Below, piece after piece: positions 34,001 to 46,500 of a stretch of DNA of 64,000 nt (position 1 is its first letter; every line of letters starts with the position of its first letter). A model generated the notes under the pieces. The model did not search any database and was not told the origin of the DNA. It saw only the letters and a list, made by a program, of their open reading frames with translations. Origin of the DNA: Scenedesmus sp. PABB004 (taxonomy: Eukaryota); contig JABVCE010000020.1 in the NCBI GenBank assembly GCA_014905635.1, positions 558,001-622,000 on the forward strand, read 5' to 3'. A program made the position numbers and the translations under genes.

Positions 34001-35905
34001 TGCTGCCCAAGTCGGGGGAGGGCTTTGAGATCCCCTTTGGCGCGTGCGTGTGGGCGACCGGCATCGCGATGAACCCGCTGGTCAAGCAGCTGCAAGAGCT
34101 CTTCCCCGACGAGCAGACGCACTTCAGGCGCGCCGCGGCGCGGCCGCGCGATGCGCCGCGCGATGCGCCGCGCGATGCTGATGCGGCGCTGCGCGGGAGG
34201 GGGCGGCGGCAGCCTGGGCTGCGGGGAGAGGGAGGGGAGCGTCCGAGGCTGGCCGCGCGCACACGCCGCGCGCGGCGGCCGCACGCGCGCATCGTGTCCC
34301 ACGCGGCGCGCGGCGCGCAGGTCGGTGCTGACGGACGACCACCTGCGCGTGAAGGGCGCGGACGGCAGCATCTGGGCGTTTGGCGACGCCGCGACGATCG
34401 ACCAGCCGCGCGCGCTGCAGCGCGCGGACGAGCTCTTCGAGGCCGCCGACGTGGACAAGGTGCGGTGCGCAGGCCGCGCGGCGCGGCGCGCGGGCGCGGG
34501 GGCGCGACTGCGGGGCGGGCGGAGGGTCAAACGTGGTGCGCGTGGCCGCGGCGCGCCCGCCCTCACCTGCCCCGCGCGCGCCGCGCCGCGCGCCGCGGCG
34601 GCGCAGAACGGCACCGTGTCGCTGGGCGAGCTGCAGGCGATGCTGCGCGAGGCGAGCAAGGAGTTCAGCCACCTGGAGGAGCACGCGCGCTTCCTGGAGG
34701 CAAAGAACAACAGGTGCGAGGCTGTTGCTTTGACTGGAAGATAACACATGTTGTTTCTTGTGTTATTGCTTTGCTACTCTCGCCAGCGCCGCGCCGCCGG
34801 CCCCGCTCTGATCAGCCCGCGCCCCGGCTGCCGCGTACGCCGCGGCCAGGTTTGGCGGCCTGCTGCGCCGCGTGATGGACTCGGGCGCCGGCGGCAGCGG
34901 CGGCGCGTCGGTCATGGCCACGGTGGAGGAGAGTGACGAGCTGAGCAAGGAGCAATTTAGGGAGTTGTTGGCGAAGGTCGACAGCGGCCTGCGCGCGCTG
35001 CCCGCGACGGCGCAGGCGCGGCGCGGCGCGCGGCGCTGGGCGCGGCGCGGCGCGCGGCGCTGGGGCGCGGCGCGGCGCGCGGCGCTGGGGCGCGGCGCGG
35101 CGCGCGGCCCGCGCTCCGCGCGCGCGCGCCCGGCCCGTGTCGCCCCGGCCGGCGGCGCCGGCGTGTCCGCCGACAGCCGCGCTGCCTGCTCGGCGGCCGC
35201 CGCCTGCGCGCGCAGGTCGCGAAGCAGCAGGGCGAGTACCTGGCGAAGGTGCTCACGCGCGGCAGCTTTGACGCCGCCGCGGGCCGCGTGGCGCTCGCGC
35301 CGGGGCAGGCCGCGTTCAAGTACAACCACAAGGGCTCCCTGGTGCGCACCGCGCCCGTGCCGCCGCTGCGCCCGCGCCCACGGGCCGCCGCGCCCACAGG
35401 CCGCCGCGTTCGCGCCTCGCCGCGCTCCCTCGCCCGCGCTCCACGCTCCCTCGCCTCCCTCTCTCTCATCCTCACTCTCTCTCTCACTCTCTCTCGCTCT
35501 CCCTCTCTCTGTTTCACTCTCCCTCCCCCTCTTCCTGGCCCCCCGCAGGCGTACGTGGGCGGCGACAAGGCGGTCATGGACATCCCCCGCATGGGCCCCA
35601 TCATGGGCCAGCAGGCGGGCCTGCTCTGGAAGGGCTACGAGACGTTCGCCCAGATCTCCCTGCGCAACCAGCTCCTCGTCTTTAACGACTGGGTGCGCGG
35701 CGGGGGGGCTGGGAGGTTGTTTTTTAAAGTTTTTATAGGGTTTAGGCTTTGAAAAGGGTTCAGGGCCAAAGGTCGAGCTTTGAGGGCTGCCGCCCACGGC
35801 GGCGCGCGGGGCGGGCGAGCGCGGCGCTGACATGGCACGCCGCCGCCACTCCCCTCCCGGCAGGTGCGCACCAAGATCTTCGGCCGTGACATCAGCAGGG
35901 TGTGA
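31011..35905 (+). CDS. NDA2: Type II NAD(P)H dehydrogenase with EF-hand (Chlamydomonas Nda2 / plant NDB-like), intron-rich, probably plastid-targeted
   Basis: VVVLGSGWAS; SPRNYFLYTPLLP; VCGGGPTGVEVAAEL; IELMDYVLSTYDR; CVWATG; IWAFGDAA; EF-hand DVDKNGTVSLGE; LPATAQVAKQQG; FKYNHKGSLAYVG; C-terminus FGRDISRV*. Confidence 0.95.
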
Positions 35906-36133
35906 CGCGCCACGCGCCGCGGCGGGCGCGGCCGGCGGCGCGCGCGCTCGCGGGGGCTGCGCTGGCGCTGGGCTGAGAGACCTGGGAGAGGGGGCGCAGG
36001 AGGGGGGACGGAGTGCGGGCGCGCCAGGGGCGCGCCGCTGCGACGCAGCCGCCCCGCGCAGGCGCTCGGGGGGTGAACTGTTAACACAGGGCGACCAACT
36101 CCTCGCGCGGCGCAGCGGCCGTCCCCCGGGCGC

Positions 36134-37251
36134 TCACGCGTTCGCCGCCGCGCCGTCGGCGGCCGTGTCATAGCCGTCGCCCGCTGCGCCGCCGCCACTG
36201 CCGCCGCCGCCGTGCTTGCCTCCCTTCACGCCCACGCCGGTGGGCAGCAGCAGGTCGTCCACGACGTGCACGACGGACGCGCCGGCGACGACGTCCGGCC
36301 CGACCGCCCGCGCCTTGTTCGTCGCGCCTGGCGCGGCGGCGGCGGCACGGCAGGCGGGGCGGCGCGTGTGGGTGTGGGTGTGGGTGCGTGCACGCTCGCT
36401 GCTGAACCTTTCAACCCCCGCGCACCGATGAACTTCAGGCTGGGCGTGGCGCGCCGCGAGCCATCACTGTGCTTGGTCTTGATCTGCGCCAGCGTCACGG
36501 CGGCGATAGGCGCGCCACACGCGCGCACGGGGCTGTCGGCGCCGCGTGGCGCGCGTGTGGCACGGCCAGGCGCGCGCGCGCGCGGGCGCGCCTGGACGAC
36601 CAGCGGCGCGGCGCCGGCGAGCGCGGTGGTGAGGGTCATGCCGTCGGTGAGCTGCGCCGAGGTCAACGCCGCGGACCGGATGACGTGATAGCTCAGCACC
36701 TGGGCACGCGGCGGCGGACGTTGACCGCAGGTGTGAGGGCCGCGGAGAGTCGGGCGGAGAGGGGCAGGGCCGCCGGTGCGCAGCGCGCAGCATGCGGAGC
36801 ACACGCGCCGCGCGCGCCAGCCACGCACGCACGCCAGCGCGCGCGCCTGCAGCAGCAGCGTGCGGTTGGCGAGCAGCGCGGCGGGCGTGGCGCCGAGGTC
36901 CTCCGACAGCCGCGACGCAAAGGCCGCGTCGGTGGGCGCGAGGATTGTCCACGCGCAGTCGCTCGAGTTGAGCAGCGCGGACGTGCTTGAGGTCAGGCCC
37001 GCCGCGTCGAGCGCCGCGAGCAACGTGGCCATGCCCGACGTCTCATTGGCGGCCGCGATCGCGGCCGCCAGGCTGGAGAAGCGGCGGGTCGCGTTGGCGC
37101 CGCCCCCGCCGCCGACCGGCGGGTTCATCGCAGCGGCAGGGCCTGCCTGCGCCAGCCGGCGCGGGGCGCCCGGCGGCGCGGCCGCGGCCGCCCAGAGCGC
37201 GGCGGCGGCGAGGGCGAGCCCGAGCGTGCTGGCGGAGCGGCGGCGCGGCAT
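36134..37251 (-). CDS. Secreted single-FAS1 (fasciclin) protein, AstaP (astaxanthin-binding protein)-like, 4 exons
   Basis: Signal peptide; H1 WTILAPTDAAF; VLSYHVI; H2 AGASVVHVVDDLLLP; N-glycosylation sequons NAT, NET, NSS, NRT. Confidence 0.9.
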
Positions 37252-37531
37252 CGAGGTCTGTGCGCTGCTGCTCCCGGGCCTTGGCGCGGTCCGCAGGCTG
37301 CTGCGGCGGGCGGGGGCGGGCTGTGATGGGGCGTGGCGCGCGGCAGGCGCTCCGTCGTCGCGACCTGCCGCCGCCGCGAGAGCTGAGACCTGCCCGGCGC
37401 AGCCGCAGCTTCCCCGCCTCTCCCGCCACCGCCGGCCTCCCCGCGCGCTCTCCAGCGTCCCCGTGACGCAGGCACAGCCACCCACGCACAGCCGCACGCT
37501 CGCGCAGCGCGCCGGCACCCGCCCGGCCACG

Positions 37532-39174
37532 ATGCACGCCGCCCGCGCCGCCGCCGCCGCTGCGGCTGCACTGCTCGGCCTCGCCCTGGCGGCCCTGGCC
37601 GTCGAGGGCGCGCCGCTGCAGGGCGGACCCTGCGCCGGCGGCTCCTGCGCGAGCGCCGCCGCCGCGCCGCAGCTGCCCGCGCCGCCGCCGGGGCAGCGCC
37701 GGCTGCGCCAGTGGGGCACGGGCTTCGCGGGCTGTGAGTGCCGGCTGGCGCAGGCGACGGGCCCCGGGCGCGCCGATGCCCGCGCGCGCCGGGGCGGCGG
37801 CGGGACGTGGACCGCGCGCCGGCCGCGCTGCCCACGCCCGCCCGCGCGCGCAGGCGCCGGCCGGCCGCTCGTGATCGCGCACGGCGCGACGCCGCCGACC
37901 AACATCGACGACCTCGTGGAGGACATGCAGAGCCCGCTGACAAAAGTCGACGTGCGGCGGCGGCCGGCGGCGCCCGGCGCTCGGCGCGCGCCGCTCCTTT
38001 GCCGCACGCTTACAAGAGCACGCGCGCGCACACGCACGCACGCACGCGCCGCCGCCGCAGATCACGTCCAACGCCAACTTCCAGATGACGGTCAAGCCCG
38101 ACGCAGTGGAGCTTATCTCGCTGACCGACCCGGCCGCGTGCATCCGCGGCCTCACGACCGTGCGCGGCGCGCTCGCCATCTACGACGACGGGTCCATCCC
38201 CGACCTCTCAGCGCTCTCACGCCTGCGCACGGTGCAGGTGCGGGCACCGCCTCGCTGAGCCCCCTCGCGCTGATATCACGCGCGGGCCCTGCCCCGCCGA
38301 CCCCCGCCACCGATCTGCCGCGGCCGCCGCTGCTGTGTGTGCTGCGTGGCGGCAGGGACCGCTCTTCATCTACGGCGCGCGCGGCAACAGCAGCCTCACC
38401 AGCCTGGCAGGACTGGAGAGCCTGCAGGCACGCGCCGCGCCGCGCCGCGCCGCGCCGCGCCACGCCGCGCCGCGCCGGCCTGTCCCTTTGACATGCTGCC
38501 GCGCCCGTCGACGCTGCCACCACCGCGCCGCGCCGCGCGCCGCCGCCGCCGCGCGCCACGCGCGCAGTCGGTCGCGGGGCTGAACATCGCCCACATGCGC
38601 CTGCTCACCTCGCTGGAGCCCCTGTCCGGCCTCACCATCAACCAGGGCGACCTGGTGGTCCTGGACAACGCCAACATCACCTCCCTGGCCGGCGTGGGCT
38701 CGCCGACGCAGCTCTACGGCCGCGTGTGGCTCGACAGCAACCCCCTCCTGCGAGACCTGCGCGGCCTGGAGGCGCGGCGCGCCGCGCCGCGGCGGCCAGC
38801 CAGCAGCGGCGCGGGCCCGGCGGCTGCGCGCCCGGTCCTGCGCGCGCGTGCGCCGTGCGCTGCGCCGCCGCTGACGCCGCCGCCGCCGCCGCCGCCGCGC
38901 TGCGACCGCCCCGCAGGCGCTCACGACGGTGGACGGCGACGTCAGCATTCGCAACATGCCCAACCTCACCTCGCTGGCCGGCCTCGGCGGCCTCGTGAGC
39001 ACCGGGCGCGAGCTGGCGCTGGTCTCGCTGCCCAACCTCACCTCGACCGCGGCGCTCACCAACCTCACCTCCGTCGGTGCGGCGGACGCGGACGCGGCCG
39101 CGGCCGCAGCGGCGGCTGCGCGGCGCGCGGCGCACTGCCGCGGGGCGCCGCTGGGCGGCCGCTGAACCGCCGCC

Positions 39175-39237
<63 letters not shown>

Positions 39238-40370
39238 ACGCTCGCGCACGGGCAGGCCTGAGCCTCGAGCTGACGGAGCTGCCGGCGCTGCGCGACCTCG
39301 CAGGCCTGCGCCGCCTCAGGTCCGTGCCGGGCGACCTGATACTGTACCGACTCAAGACGCTGCCCACCCTGCGCGACCTCGCCGCGCTGCAGGCGCGCGC
39401 GCGCGGCTCGGCCGCGCCGCGCCGCGCGGCGCACCGGCGGCGGCGCGCGCTGGCCGGCCAGGCGGCCGGAGCGCGGGCACCGCCCTACGCGCGCGTGCGC
39501 CGCGCCCGCCGCGCCCGCCGCGTCCGCCGCGCCCGCCGCTGCAGTCTGTGGGGCTCAACCTGATCATTGGTGACGACGGCCAGCTCACCACGCTGGAGGG
39601 CCTGGGTGAGGAGGGCGCGGCGCGCCGCGGCGCGACGCGACCGCCGTCCCCGCTCGAGCCCGCGCCGCGGCCGGGGCGGCGCCGCCGCCGCAGAGAACGT
39701 GCGGTCCGTAGGCACGCTGCTGTCGGTGAGCTTCAACCCCAAGCTCACCAGCCTCAAGGTGACAGGAGCGACACGGCCAGAGCGGGGCGCCCGTTCGCCC
39801 GCGCACCCACCGCCCCAGCCGCGCGCGCCGAGCCGCCGCGCCGCCGCCGCTCGCACGCGCCCCGCTCCGCGCCGCCGCGCAGGGGCTGGGCGGGCTGCAG
39901 AGCATCGGCGAGGACCTGGTCGTGCGCGGCAATGGCGCGCTGATCACGCTCAGCGACCTGCCGCGCGCGCTGCGCGTGGTCGGGGCGCTGCGCGGCGGCG
40001 ACGTGTGGATCGAGGACAACCCGCAGCTCTCCTCGCTTGGGGGCTCGGCGCGGCAGCGCTGCAGGCGGTGCACGGCCACGTGACGGTCGCGCGGAACGCG
40101 CCGGCGCTGCCGGGCGGCGAGGCCGACGCGCTGCGCGCGCTCGCGGCGCCGCTGGTCATGACGCCTGCGCTCCTGCGCGGCGGCGTGGCAGCGGTGGCGG
40201 GGGCCAACGCCACCGCCCCGGCGGCGGCGGCCAACACGACCGCGCCAGCGGTGCCGGCGGCGGCGGCCAACGCGACCGCGCCGGCGGTGCAGGCGGCGGC
40301 GGCCAACGCGAGCGCGCCGGCGGCGCGGGGCGTGGCGGTTAACACGACCGCGCCAGCGGCTGCGGGCTGA
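37532..40370 (+). CDS. Secreted receptor L-domain repeat protein with Ala-rich N-glycosylated tail, about 10 exons; apparent frameshift near 40040
   Basis: Signal peptide; about 11 repeats of the type L..V.G.L.I..N..LTSL.GL (e.g. LTTVDGDVSIRNMPNLTSLAGL, LQSIGEDLVVRGNGALITL); tail with repeated NAT/NTT/NAS. Confidence 0.85.
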
Positions 40371-40524
40371 GAGGCGGTTGCGGGCTCGTTACTGGCACCG
40401 GTGCTGCAGCGCTCGACTGTGCTTGTCAAAGGGGCCATGCGTGGACACCCGGGTGTCCGCGGTGTTGAAGCAAACTGCTGCTCGCCTCCGTTCCCTTGCC
40501 CCGCGCGCTCACGCGCCCACAAAC

Positions 40525-43500
40525 TCAGCCGCGCCGCGTCCACGCGGGCGGCCGCAGCGGCGCGACGCCGCACTCGGCGCGGTGCCAGAGCATGAGGCAC
40601 TCCAGCAGCGCCGTCGCCGCGGCGCGCTCGCCGGCGAGCAGCGCCGCCTCGTGCCGCTGCAGCAGCGGCCTGCGCGCGGGCGGCGGCACGGCGGGTCGGC
40701 CGTCCGTCGCGCGGGCGCGGCCGGGGGCTGCTGACGCCCGGCGCGCGCCGCGCGCGCGGCAGCCGCATCTAGCGCGCGGCCGCTCACCCCAGGACCAGTC
40801 CCGGCAGGTGCCGCACCGCCTCGACGGCGAGTGCGACGTTGGCCGCGCGCGCGGCGGGCGCGACGGGGCGCTCTGTGACTCCCGGCACGGGCACGCCCGC
40901 GACCGCGGCGGCGACCTCGCACAGCAGCACGCCCGAGCAGAGCGCGGGGGCGAGCGCGCCAAAGCCAGCCGCGACGTCGCCCGCCGACGCGAGGCCGAGC
41001 TCCTGCAGCCACGCGAGCAGCTGCGCCTCCAGCCTGCGCGGCGGCGGCGGGTCGGGTCGGCGCTCGGCGCGCCGCGCCGCTGTGCGCGCTGCGCGCGCGC
41101 CCCGCGGCCTGCCCAGCCCCACTCACGCGTCAAGCTCCTCTCCCGAATAGGGCAGGCGGAAGGCCCGCCACGCGGCGCCCGCGAGCGGCCGCACCACCAC
41201 CGCCGCGCTGCCACAGCCGTAGCCGCCGGCGCGCCACGCGCCGCCGCCGCCACCGCCAGCGGCGGCGTCGTCGCGGCCGGCGCCGTCGCCCCGGCGCTGC
41301 TGCTGCCCCTCCTGCTGCGGCCGGCGCCGCGGCGCCGCGGGCTGGCGCGCCGCCGGCGCCGCGGCGGCGGGGCTGGCGGGCTCGGGGCAGCGCTGCTGCA
41401 GCGCCCAGAGCAGCCCCCACATCGCCGCGCCGTCGCCGGCCAGCACCGCCTCCAGCAGCTGGAACAGCGCGTGCTCGAGCATGCCGCTCCCCGGCGGCAG
41501 CAGCCCGCAGGCCCAGCAGTCGCACGCGCAGCGCCGCCCCGCGCCGACGCCGGGCGCGAGCCCGACGCCGAAGCAGCCGCTCGCCGCGGCTGCCGCGAAG
41601 CAGGCGCAGCCGGCGGCGTCGTCGAGCAGCGCCGCCGCGCCGCCACGCCCCGGGCTGGCGGAGCGGCCGCGCCGCCAGTCGCACTCCGCCGCGTCGAGTG
41701 AGCGGCGCAGCCGCTGCTCGCGGCGCAGGCGCGGCGACGTGGCGCAGCGGCGAGCGCCGCCGTGCGCGGGGCTGGCGCTGCGCGCGGCGCCGGCGCTGCG
41801 GCTCCGGCTGCGGCTGCGGCTCCGGCTGCGGCTCCTGCTGCGGCTGCGCCCGCGGCCGCCGTCCGCGCCGCCCTCCAGCGCCGCGAGCGCAAGCGCCTCC
41901 TCCCGGTCGGCCTCGGCCGCGGCGGCCGCCGCCGCCGCCGCCCACGCGGGCCGGCACATGCCGAGCCGCCCCGCGGCGCGCAGCAGGTTGTAGCGCGCGG
42001 TCGGCAGGTCGTGCGGCGGCGACGCGACGCCGTCGAGGGGCCGGCCCGTGAGCGCCGCGGCGACGCAGCAGAGCAGCAGGCCGTTGCGGATGGGGTTGGC
42101 CAGCAGCGGCGCGGCGGCCTCGGACGGCGTGAGGTCCAGCCGCAGCCGCGCGAGCCAGGAGGCCACGTCCTGCGGGCGCGAGCGTGCGCGCACGGGCGAC
42201 GGTCAGCAGGGCAGAGCGCGGCGGCAGCGGCGCGCGCTGCGCGTCTCCCTCGCACCTGCTGCTGCCAGCCGCGGCCGCCAAAGCCGGCTGCCGCTGCGCG
42301 CAGGGCCGTGATCGCAGTCACCGTCCCCGCCGGCGTGCGCCCAGCCTCGCCGTCGGTCCAGCCGGGCTGGTCCGTCCGCGCGCGTGGCAGCCCCGCGCCG
42401 CCGGGCGCCCCGGCTGCCGGCGCGCGCGGCTGCGGCGACGCCGGCCGCGGCGACGCGCCCGCGCCGCGCCGGCAGATGCGCGGCCCCAGCGGGCTCAGCA
42501 GCAGCCCTGCGGGCGTCGACACGGCCGCCAGGCCGCTGCGGGGGCTGGCGGCCGCCTTGGCCTGCAGGCCGGGCCGCAGCGACAGCCCGTGCGACCGGCC
42601 GCTCGGCACGGGGCGCGCAGGGACGCCGGCGCGCCCCGCGGGGGCAGGCGCCGCCGTGTCGGCCCACGTCACGCGGCCGCCGCTCACGACGCTGTCCGGG
42701 CTGACCATGGCGCCCCGACGCTGCGGCGCAAAGGCAGCCGCCAGCGCGCCGCGCGCCGCCGCTGCACCCTGGCCCTGGCCCGCCGCGGTGCGCGGCCCCG
42801 CCGGCTGCTGCTGCGGGGCGACCGCCCCGCTGCCGCCGCCGCTGCTGGCAGCTGGCTGGGCAGGGGCGGCCAGGCTCGCCGCCGCGGCCGGCTCGCCGGC
42901 GCCGGCACCGGCCGCGGCCTGCTTGGCCTTGCCTCGCTGCGCCGCCGCCGCCTGAAGGTCGGCCGCGGCTGCGGCGCGCAGCTTGCTGTACAGATAGCCC
43001 TGCTGCCTTGGGCGATCATAGATGGTCAGCGGGGCGGCCGGCCGCTGCGCGGCTGCGGGCCGCGCCGCGGCGGGCGCCGGCGCCGGCGAGCACCGCGGCG
43101 AGGGCGGCCGGGGGCCGCGGCGCGCGCCGGCACCGGGCGCGTGGCCAGCGACTCCAGACTGCTGGCTGCAGGCGACTGCGCAGGCGGCCGCAGGCGGCCT
43201 GCAGCTGTGGCAGCAGGCGAGCGCGCAGGTGGCGAGTGTGGCCGCTGCAGCTGCTGCTGCTGCTGCTGCTGCTCCTGCTGCTCCTGCTGCTGCTGCTCCT
43301 GCTGCTGCTGCTGCTCCTGCTGCTGCTGCTCCTGCTGCTGCTGCACGGCCGCCTTGACCAGCTGCGGGGACCCGCCACCGCCCGCTGCTGGCCGCGCCTC
43401 CGGCGACGGCGCGCGGTGCTGCGGGGCGGCCAGCGGCGCGGCGCGCACGCGCTGCGCGCCGTACAAGCTGCCGCTCGAGCTCTCAGGCGACAGCAGCGCC

Positions 43501-46500
43501 CCTGGCACGCCGAGCGCCTGGCGCCTTGCCGGTGGCGCCGGCGCTGGCAGCTGCCCGCTGACGCCCCCAGACGGCGGCGACCGCTGCTGCCACGACCAGG
43601 GGTCGCTGCCGTCAGCTGGCTGGGCGTGCGGTGGCTGCTGCTGCACCAAGAGCGCCGCCGCCGGCGGCGTGGCCTGCGCGGGCCGCAGCTTGGCGGCCGC
43701 TGCCAGGCGGTCGCGCACGGCGCGCCGCGCCGCCTCCTCTGCGGCCTGCAGGCTCGGCAGCGGCCGAGGCGGCCCGTGGGCCCCGCCGGCCGCCCGCACG
43801 GCACCCTCGCGGCGCGCGCCCTGCGCCGCCGAGCTGCGCGGCGCGGCCGCGGCTGCCTCGCTCAGCGCCGCGGCCTCCGTGAGCTCCCGCTGCTCCTGCG
43901 CGCACAGCTCCAGGCCCGCCGCAGCCTCGTCGGCGGCCGCCAGCAGATCCTTGATCTGGCTACGCCAGCGCAGCTGCGCCTCGGGCGCCGTGCGGCGCGC
44001 CTGCGGCGACGGCGCCTGCGCGTCCTGCGGCGCGGCGGCGGCCACGGGCGCCGACGGCAGCGCTGCGCTGGCCGTGCGCGCGGCGGCGGCGCCGCCGCAG
44101 GGGCTCGCGCTGCTGCAACGGCGCGCCCCGCTCGCGGCCCTGCTGCGCCCAGTGCTCGCCACGGCCTCCGGGCGCGACGCGGCGCGCCGGCCTGGCGAGC
44201 TCGCCGCAGCAGCGGGCGTCGCCAGCGCTGCGTCGCTGGGGCTGCACAGCAGCAGGCCCGCGGCGGTCGGGTCGCTTGCCGCCGACTGCGAGCCCCACAG
44301 CGGGCTGGCGCTGCGCCGGGTGGCGGTGCCTGCCGTGGCGGCCGCGCCGCTCGACGTGCCCGACTCTGCCGCCGCGCGCGCGCTGGTGCGCGAGGCGCCG
44401 TCGGCCGCCGCTGCGCCGCCGGGCTGCTGCGCGTCCGCGCCAGCAGAGTCAGAGCCCCACGCCGCGTCAGGCCCCGCCGCAGTGCTGCCCACGGAGCCCG
44501 CCGCTGCCCTCGGCGCGGCGGCAGTGGAGCTGTCCGCCGCGCTCAGCGTAGCAGCCGCGCCGCCAGGCTCTGCAGCAGGCGCTGCGCCGCTCGCCGCCGC
44601 GCTGGCGTCGCCGGGGGTCGCGGCGCCGCGCGGGCCCGGCGCCGCGCTGGCCGCAGAGTCGGCCGGCCCGCCTCGCGCGCCACTGCCGGCCGCGCTCGCT
44701 GCCGACGACGCCGCGGCGTGCGCTGCGCCCGCCATTGCCCCGGCGGCAGCCGCCGGCGCGCGGCCCAGCGACTCGACCGCCACCGGCTGGGCGACGCTGG
44801 CGCTGCCGCTGGCCGACGCGTCCGTCTGCTGGCTCCGGCTGGGGCTGTCTGTGGCGCCGGCGCCCTGCCTGGCCTTCTTTGGCCGCTTGAGACGCAGCTG
44901 CCGCAGCAGGCGCGCGATCTTGGACTCTGAGCTCTTGCTCTGCTCGCTCGCCTGCGCGACGCTGGATGCAGGCAGCTGCTCCTGCGGCTGCTGCTCCAGC
45001 GGCTGCTCTTGCTGCTGCTCCAGCGGCTGCGGCGCCTGCGGCTGCTGCTCCAGCGGCTGCTCCTGCTGCCGCTCCAGCGGCTGCGGCGCCTGCGGCTGCT
45101 CCAGCGGCGCCGGGTCTGCCGGCGGCTCAGGCTCCAGCGGCGCCTGGTCCGCCGGCTGCTGCGGCTCGCCGTCCACCGCGCCCTGCTCACGCTGCAGCGC
45201 CTGCTCCTGCTGCGCCGCCGCCACCTGCACGGCAGCAAGGCCCTTCTCCGCCGTCGCTGCGAGGCCTGCCTGCCACGCGGCGCGCTCGCGCTGCAGCTGT
45301 TCCAGCTGCTGCAGCGACTTGGACAGAAACACGGGGCCTGCCCGCGCTGCCTGGTCGCGCAGCAGCAGCGCGCCGGCGGCGGGCAGCAGCGGCGGCGCGA
45401 GCGCGCCGACCGAGGCGACCACCACCGGTGCCGGCGGCGCCAGCGCCTTGCCGCCCGCCGCAGCCAGCCCCGCCGCAGCGCCGTGCGACTCGAGCTTGCC
45501 CTTTGCGGGGGAGGCGGTGAGCGTCACAAACACCTCGCCGGCCGGGCTGCCGCCGGGGCTGCTCGACCGTGGCAGCAAGCCGCCCGGGGCCGTCGCTGCC
45601 TCTGCGGGCTGCTCCGCATCGGCGGCCGTCGCTGCCGTCGGCTCGGCTGCCGCTGCCGGCTCAGCTGCCTCAGCCTGTTTGGCTGCCGCCACCTGCTGGG
45701 CTGCCGCCGCCTGCTCCGCCTCCTCATCTTCCTCAAGCAGCGGCTCCGGCCCCTCGAGACCGCCGCTCACGCGCGCCACCGCGCCGCCGCCCGCGAACGC
45801 GGCGGGCAGCGATTCTGTCGACTCGCCGAACAGCGCGCGCTGCAGGGGGTCCTGCAGCGAGCCCTGCTTGCTGACAGCGCAGCTGTTCCGCCGATCCTGC
45901 GCCTGCTGCTCCAGCGGCGCGCCCTGCTCCAGCGGCGCGCCCTGCTCCGGCGCCTGCTGCTCTGGCTCCAGCTTCTCCCCTGCCGACGCGCCGCCGGCCT
46001 CACCAGACGCCGAGCGCGACGCAGCGGCGGCGGCGCGCGGGGGGCAGGTGACGCTGCGGCTGCCGCTGCTGTCAGCGCTCGCGTCGGCCTGCTGCGACGC
46101 CAGCGTGCCGGCGCTGCAGGTGTGCCACTCATCCTCTGTGAGCTGCCGCCGGCTGCCCGCGTCGCCGCCCGCGCCGCGCAGCCGCGCCGCCGCCGGCGTG
46201 CCTGCGCTGGCGCTGGCGCTCGCGCTGGCGCGCCGCAGCCGCAGCCGGCCGTGCTCGCGGACGGGCCCGTGGCCCGCGACCCCGGCGCCCCCGGCGTCGC
46301 TGTCGCAGTCGTGCTCGTCGCCAACGTCGGCAAACAGGGGGTTGATGCCCCGCCCCGCCTCGTCAGCAAAAAGCGGGTTGCTCACCACGCTGGTGCGCCC
46401 GCTGCTGGCGCGCGAGGGCGCCAGGCTGCGCGCGCCGCGGCCGCTGCGGGGCGCCGGCGAGCAGGCGGCGGCGCGCGCCGCCGCAGCGGCCGCCTCGGCC

